DNA of 64,000 nucleotides from Nannocystis pusilla (lineage in GTDB: Bacteria > Myxococcota_A > Polyangia > Nannocystales > Nannocystaceae), in NCBI RefSeq assembly GCF_026626665.1, contig NZ_JAPNKE010000002.1:3501168-3565167 (forward strand), given 5' to 3'. The position numbers were made by a program, and so were the translations under genes. The notes under the pieces are model-generated. The model was given only the letters and a program-made list of their open reading frames with translations, did not search any database and was not told the origin of the DNA. The number at the start of each line of letters is the position of its first letter. The first letter of the stretch is position 1. This document shows positions 60,269 through 64,000 of this stretch, one piece after another.

Positions 60269-61351
60269 TCAGCGCGGCCCGGGGATGATGCGGAGGTCGG
60301 TGAGGAAGCGGGCCAGCTCGCGGATGTAGTCGCGGCGGCCGAGCTGCAGGAAGTGGCCGCCGGTGAAGCGAAAGCGGCGCGGGCGCTGCCAGTGGTTCCA
60401 CAGCACGTCGGCGTGGGCCTCGGTGACGAGGCCGTCGCCGCGGGCGGTGACGACGAGCCGGCGCTCCCACGGGACCTTGGGCTCGTACGAGAGGGGGCTG
60501 TGCAGGGCCCACGAGCTGTGGAAGCGCTCGCGGGTCATGCCGAGCGCCTCGGCCTGGCGGCGGAACGAGTCGCCCTCGCCGTGATCCCAGAAGAGGTGCG
60601 CGAACGAGGCGGGGGCCATGATCGGGACGACGAAGGACAGGCGCGGATCGATCGAGGCGACCAGAGCCGAGGTGTAGCCGCCGAGGCTCGATCCCATCAT
60701 GCCGAGCGGCGCCGGGCTGTGGCGCAGGATGGCGGTGATGGCGGCGCGCACGTCCTGGACGGTCTGGATGAAGGCCTCGTTGGTGCGCACCAGATCGGTC
60801 GAGGGGAACAGCTCGCCCGAGAAGCGCGCGGCCGTCGGTTTGCGCAGGCTGTGGAACGGCTGGACGTAGAGGTAGACGTCGAGGCCGAGGTCCCGGTAGA
60901 GGGTGGAGATGCTGAACTCGATCTCGTGCAGGCGGCGGTTGCCGACGCACCAGCCGTGCGCGAGCAAGATCGAGGCGGGCGCGGGCCGGTCGTGCTGCCA
61001 GGCGTGCAGGTGGACGGTGTCGACGCGATCGTAGGTGGCGTACTCGCGGGCGTAGCCAGGGTCGCGCGGGCGGTACGGCGAGGCGAAGCTGAAGTGGGTG
61101 GCGCGGCCGTCGACGAGCGGCCGCACGGCGAGCGGGACGAGCGGCGGCGGGGCCGGCGGCGGCGCGAGCAGGCGATCGGGCTCGGCGAGCACGGCGGGGT
61201 CGGTGTACTGCGCGACGACCTCGAGGCGACGCTCGAGCTCGGCCCGCGCGAGCCGGTCGAGCTCGTTGCGCTGCATGAGGACGCGGCGAAGCCCGTGCCG
61301 CATGACGCGGTCGAAGCGGGCGCAGGCGTGATCGGCGAGGGCGCTGAACAT
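60269..61351 (-). CDS. alpha/beta hydrolase (esterase/lipase or PHA depolymerase-like)
   Basis: HGWCVGN and MMGSSLGG (GxSxG); 376-aa ORF. Confidence 0.7.
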   Translation of the reverse strand: MFSALADHACARFDRVMRHGLRRVLMQRNELDRLARAELERRLEVVAQYTDPAVLAEPDRLLAPPPAPPPLVPLAVRPLVDGRATHFSFASPYRPRDPGYAREYATYDRVDTVHLHAWQHDRPAPASILLAHGWCVGNRRLHEIEFSISTLYRDLGLDVYLYVQPFHSLRKPTAARFSGELFPSTDLVRTNEAFIQTVQDVRAAITAILRHSPAPLGMMGSSLGGYTSALVASIDPRLSFVVPIMAPASFAHLFWDHGEGDSFRRQAEALGMTRERFHSSWALHSPLSYEPKVPWERRLVVTARGDGLVTEAHADVLWNHWQRPRRFRFTGGHFLQLGRRDYIRELARFLTDLRIIPGPR

Positions 61352-61446
61352 GCGGGTCTGATTTTTGTTGTAGGCGCGCGGACGGCGTTTGAGAAGCAAA
61401 ATCCCGCCTTGCGCCGCGGGCCCGGCGGGTGCGAGGCTGGCTTCGC

Positions 61447-62387
61447 ATGCGGGTCGCCGTGGCCGGAGCGAGCGGGTTCATCGGACAGGCGACGGTCCAC
61501 GCGCTGCTGCAGGCCGGTCACGCGGTGGTCGGGCTGTCGCGGGGCCGTCGCGGCCGCTTCGACCGGCCAGGGCTGGTGTGGCGAGAGGTGGACGTGAGCC
61601 GCGGGGGCCCGAGCTGGTGGCCGCATTGGCGGGCTGCGAGGCGGTGGTCAACCTGGTGGGGATCAAGCGGCCCGAGCCGGGGCAGTCGTTCGACTCGGCC
61701 CACGTGGCGACGGTGGCGGCGCTGACGACCGCGATGCAGGCGGCGGCGATCCGGCGGCTCGTCCACGTCAGCGTGGCAGGACCGCGAGCGGAGCCGCCGC
61801 GGCCGACCCAGTACATGGCGACGAAGCGAGAGGCTGAACGTTCGGTCATGTCCTCGGAGACAGACTGGACGGTCCTCCGCCCGGGGCCGGTGGCCGGGCC
61901 GGGCGACGACTTCGTGCGCAACCTGGCGGCGACGCTGCGCCACGCGGCGGTGTTCCCGGCGCCCGACGGCGGCCACGCGCCGCTGCAGCCGGTGCTGGTC
62001 GAGGACGTGGCGCTGGCGATCGCGGCGGCGCTGGAGCGGCCGGCGGCGATCGGGCGCTGCTACGACGTGGTCGGGCCGGAGGTGCTGACGCTGCGCGAGG
62101 TGGTGACGCGGGTGGCCGACGCGCTGGCGCTGCCGGTGACTCTGGTGCCCTGCCCCGCCCCGCTGCTGGCGGTCGCGGTCGCGGGGCTCGAGAGGCTGCC
62201 GGATCCGCTGCTGACGCGGGCGCAGCTCGGGCTGCTCAGCCACGGTCTGGTCGGCGATCCGGGCCCGGCGGCGGCCGAGCTCGGGCTGGTGACGCAGCCG
62301 CTGACCGCGGCCAAGATCGTGGCGCTGTCGGCCGGGGTCGAGCCGTGGCTGGGGCTGTCGCTGCGGCTGCGACGTGGCGACGAGGAC
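61447..62387 (+). CDS. NmrA/NDUFA9-like NAD(P)-binding (atypical SDR) protein; apparent frameshift in a G5 run near 61600; reads through without stop into the CPBP protease
   Basis: MRVAVAGASGFIGQATVHALLQAGHAVVGLSR, then in the next frame ELVAALAGCEAVVNLVGI...YMATKREAERSV. Confidence 0.65.
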
Positions 62388-63017
62388 ATGTTCTTCAGGA
62401 CATGTTCCAAAGGCGCGATCCACGTGGCCTGGCTGGTGCCGCTGGCGGTGGCGCTGATCTGGGCGCTCGGCTCGCTGACGCCGCACGTGTGGTGGCGGAT
62501 GCTGGCGGCCAACCTGGTGCTGGTGCCGCTGTGCCTGCTGACGGTGCGGCTGCCGTGGCCCCAGCTGTGGCGCCCGAGCCTGCGCGGGCTGGTCCAGGGG
62601 GTGATGGCGGCGGCGGTGCTGGTCGCGGCCGGCTGGCTCGGGAGCCAGCTGCTGTTCGCGGTGACGCCGGAGGCGCGAACCGAGGTGGCCGCGGTGTACA
62701 GCTGGGTCCACCTGCTGCCGGCCGGGCTCGCGGCGGTGCTTCTGCCGCTGATCGCGGCGGCGGAGGAGGTGGTGTGGCGCGGGGCGGTGGCGTTCGCGGT
62801 GGCGTCGCGCGCGGGGCCGTGGTGGGGCGCGGCGACGTCCGCGGCGGCCTTCGCGGTGGCGCACGTGAGCCTCGGGGTGCCGGCGCTGGTGGTGGCGGCC
62901 GCGGGCGCGGGCTTCTTCTGGGCCTGGCTCGGGCTCAAGACCCGCAGCCTGTTCGTGGTGCTGGTGTCCCACGTGCTGTGGGACGCGTGCGTGGCGGTGC
63001 TGCGGCTGTACTGAGCA
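62388..63017 (+). CDS. CPBP family intramembrane metalloprotease (CAAX protease-like)
   Basis: MFFRTCSKGAIHVAWLVPLAVAL..., EEVVWRG, FAVAHV and H..WD motifs. The start is embedded in GGACATGTTCTTCAGGACATGTTCC. Confidence 0.7.
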
Positions 63018-63164
63018 GGTGTTCTTCGGGACATGTCCGCAGGGACTTATCGGGGCGAAGGTCCTTCTACCTGTCTTTTCGGTCATAGGAGAGAGCGCCC
63101 ACCGGCGATCCGGACGGCGCTTGCGGACGCGACCCGCGCGCTGCTATCGAGGTCGCACCCCCCA

Positions 63165-64000
63165 TGCGCTGGACCCCGTTTCCCTCGGCCCCGATCGCCC
63201 ACCTCCCCCTGCCCCGCGCGCGCCGTCGCTGCGAATCTTCGCCGGCAAGCCGCACGCGCTGGCGTTCCTCGCCGACGGCTCGCTGGTGGTCGGCGGCAGC
63301 CACGAGATCACGCTGCACGATCCGGCCGCACCGTCGCCGCCGCGGGCCAGGGTCGAGGTCGTCGGCGTGTGGTGGATGCTCGCGCACCCCGACGGCGAGT
63401 CGGTGCTCGCGTGGGCCCTCGGTTCGAGCGGTCGCGTCGTCGTGCGCGTGTGGCCGGCGACCGGGCGCGTGGTCGAGGTGCTGGCGAGCGACCGCTTCGG
63501 CGAGCGCCTGAGCGCCGCGCTCTCGCCCGACGGCTCGCGGCTGGTGTGGCGCCGCGAGGGCACGCCGGTGGCGTTGTGCTCCGTCGATGCGATGACGGGG
63601 GCGCCGCTGGGAGACGTGGCGCTGCCGCCGGAACTCGCGGACGCGAGGTGCCTGGCGGTGCGCCCCGACGGGGTGATTTATCTTCGTGACGACGCGGTCG
63701 CGGCGATTCACCCCGACGGGAGGATCGAGGCGCTCGACGACTCGCCGTTCGTCGCCGGCTTCCAGCCGTTCTTCGCCGACGCGCGCGGACTGATCGGCGA
63801 GGGCGGTGAACGGGCGGCGTTCGTCGACGGGGCGATCGAGCGGCTGGAGAACCTGCCCGAGCGGGCCAACGGCGGGACGATCGCGTACGACCGCAGCCGC
63901 GTCACCCTCTACGCCGAGCTGGGGGCGGTGCAGGTGTGGGACGTCGCGGAGCAGCGGGTGGTGTTCACCGCGCATCTGCAATCCGCCACCGGGCAGATGC
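63165..64000 (+). CDS. hypothetical beta-propeller-like protein, runs off the window end; apparent frameshift near 63225
   Basis: After a C-run the protein-like frame reads PSLRIFAGKPHALAFLADGSLVVGGSHEITLHD...LSPDGSRLVWRREG.... Confidence 0.45.

Overview
High-GC (~70%) bacterial chromosome segment, almost certainly Myxococcales (a MYXO-CTERM protein and a complete myxobacterial-type gspC–N type II secretion cluster are present). Gene content in order. (1) A minus-strand lipid operon: SPT-like alpha-oxoamine synthase, FabD-like acyltransferase, FabZ-like dehydratase and a KAS, with a divergent SDR epimerase. (2) UDP-sugar pyrophosphorylase, pgi and a MATE transporter. (3) A DUF1963 protein with poly-acidic repeats, meaB, and prmA-rsmE. 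(4) An RDD protein, a giant MshEN (T2SS-E N-terminal-like) domain protein with tandem repeats, and a HEAT-repeat protein. (5) Two sigma-54 NtrC-family regulators flanking the T2SS genes. (6) An orphan DPPY DNA methyltransferase with a repetitive tail. (7) An acyl-CoA dehydrogenase, a 2OG oxygenase, secreted hydrolases, a PHA locus (phaC, small subunit-like, acyl-CoA synthetase, phaR), an NmrA-like protein and a CPBP protease. No rRNA, tRNA, CRISPR, IS element or prophage was recognised. Two sequence-level observations dominate the hunt. (a) A dispersed family of CATG-centred palindromes (GGACATGTCC-like, plus CTGTCCC-N3-5-GGGACAG hairpin variants) recurs at about 25 or more loci. Some are strictly 14-bp-phased tandem arrays in intergenic regions, mostly between convergent gene ends; some overlap start codons or lie inside coding tandem repeats. 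(b) At least about 15 otherwise well-conserved genes show single-base-type frame changes, mostly at short homopolymers, which looks like indel error in the assembly rather than biology. Many of the long six-frame ORFs are GC-rich shadow frames and were not called.
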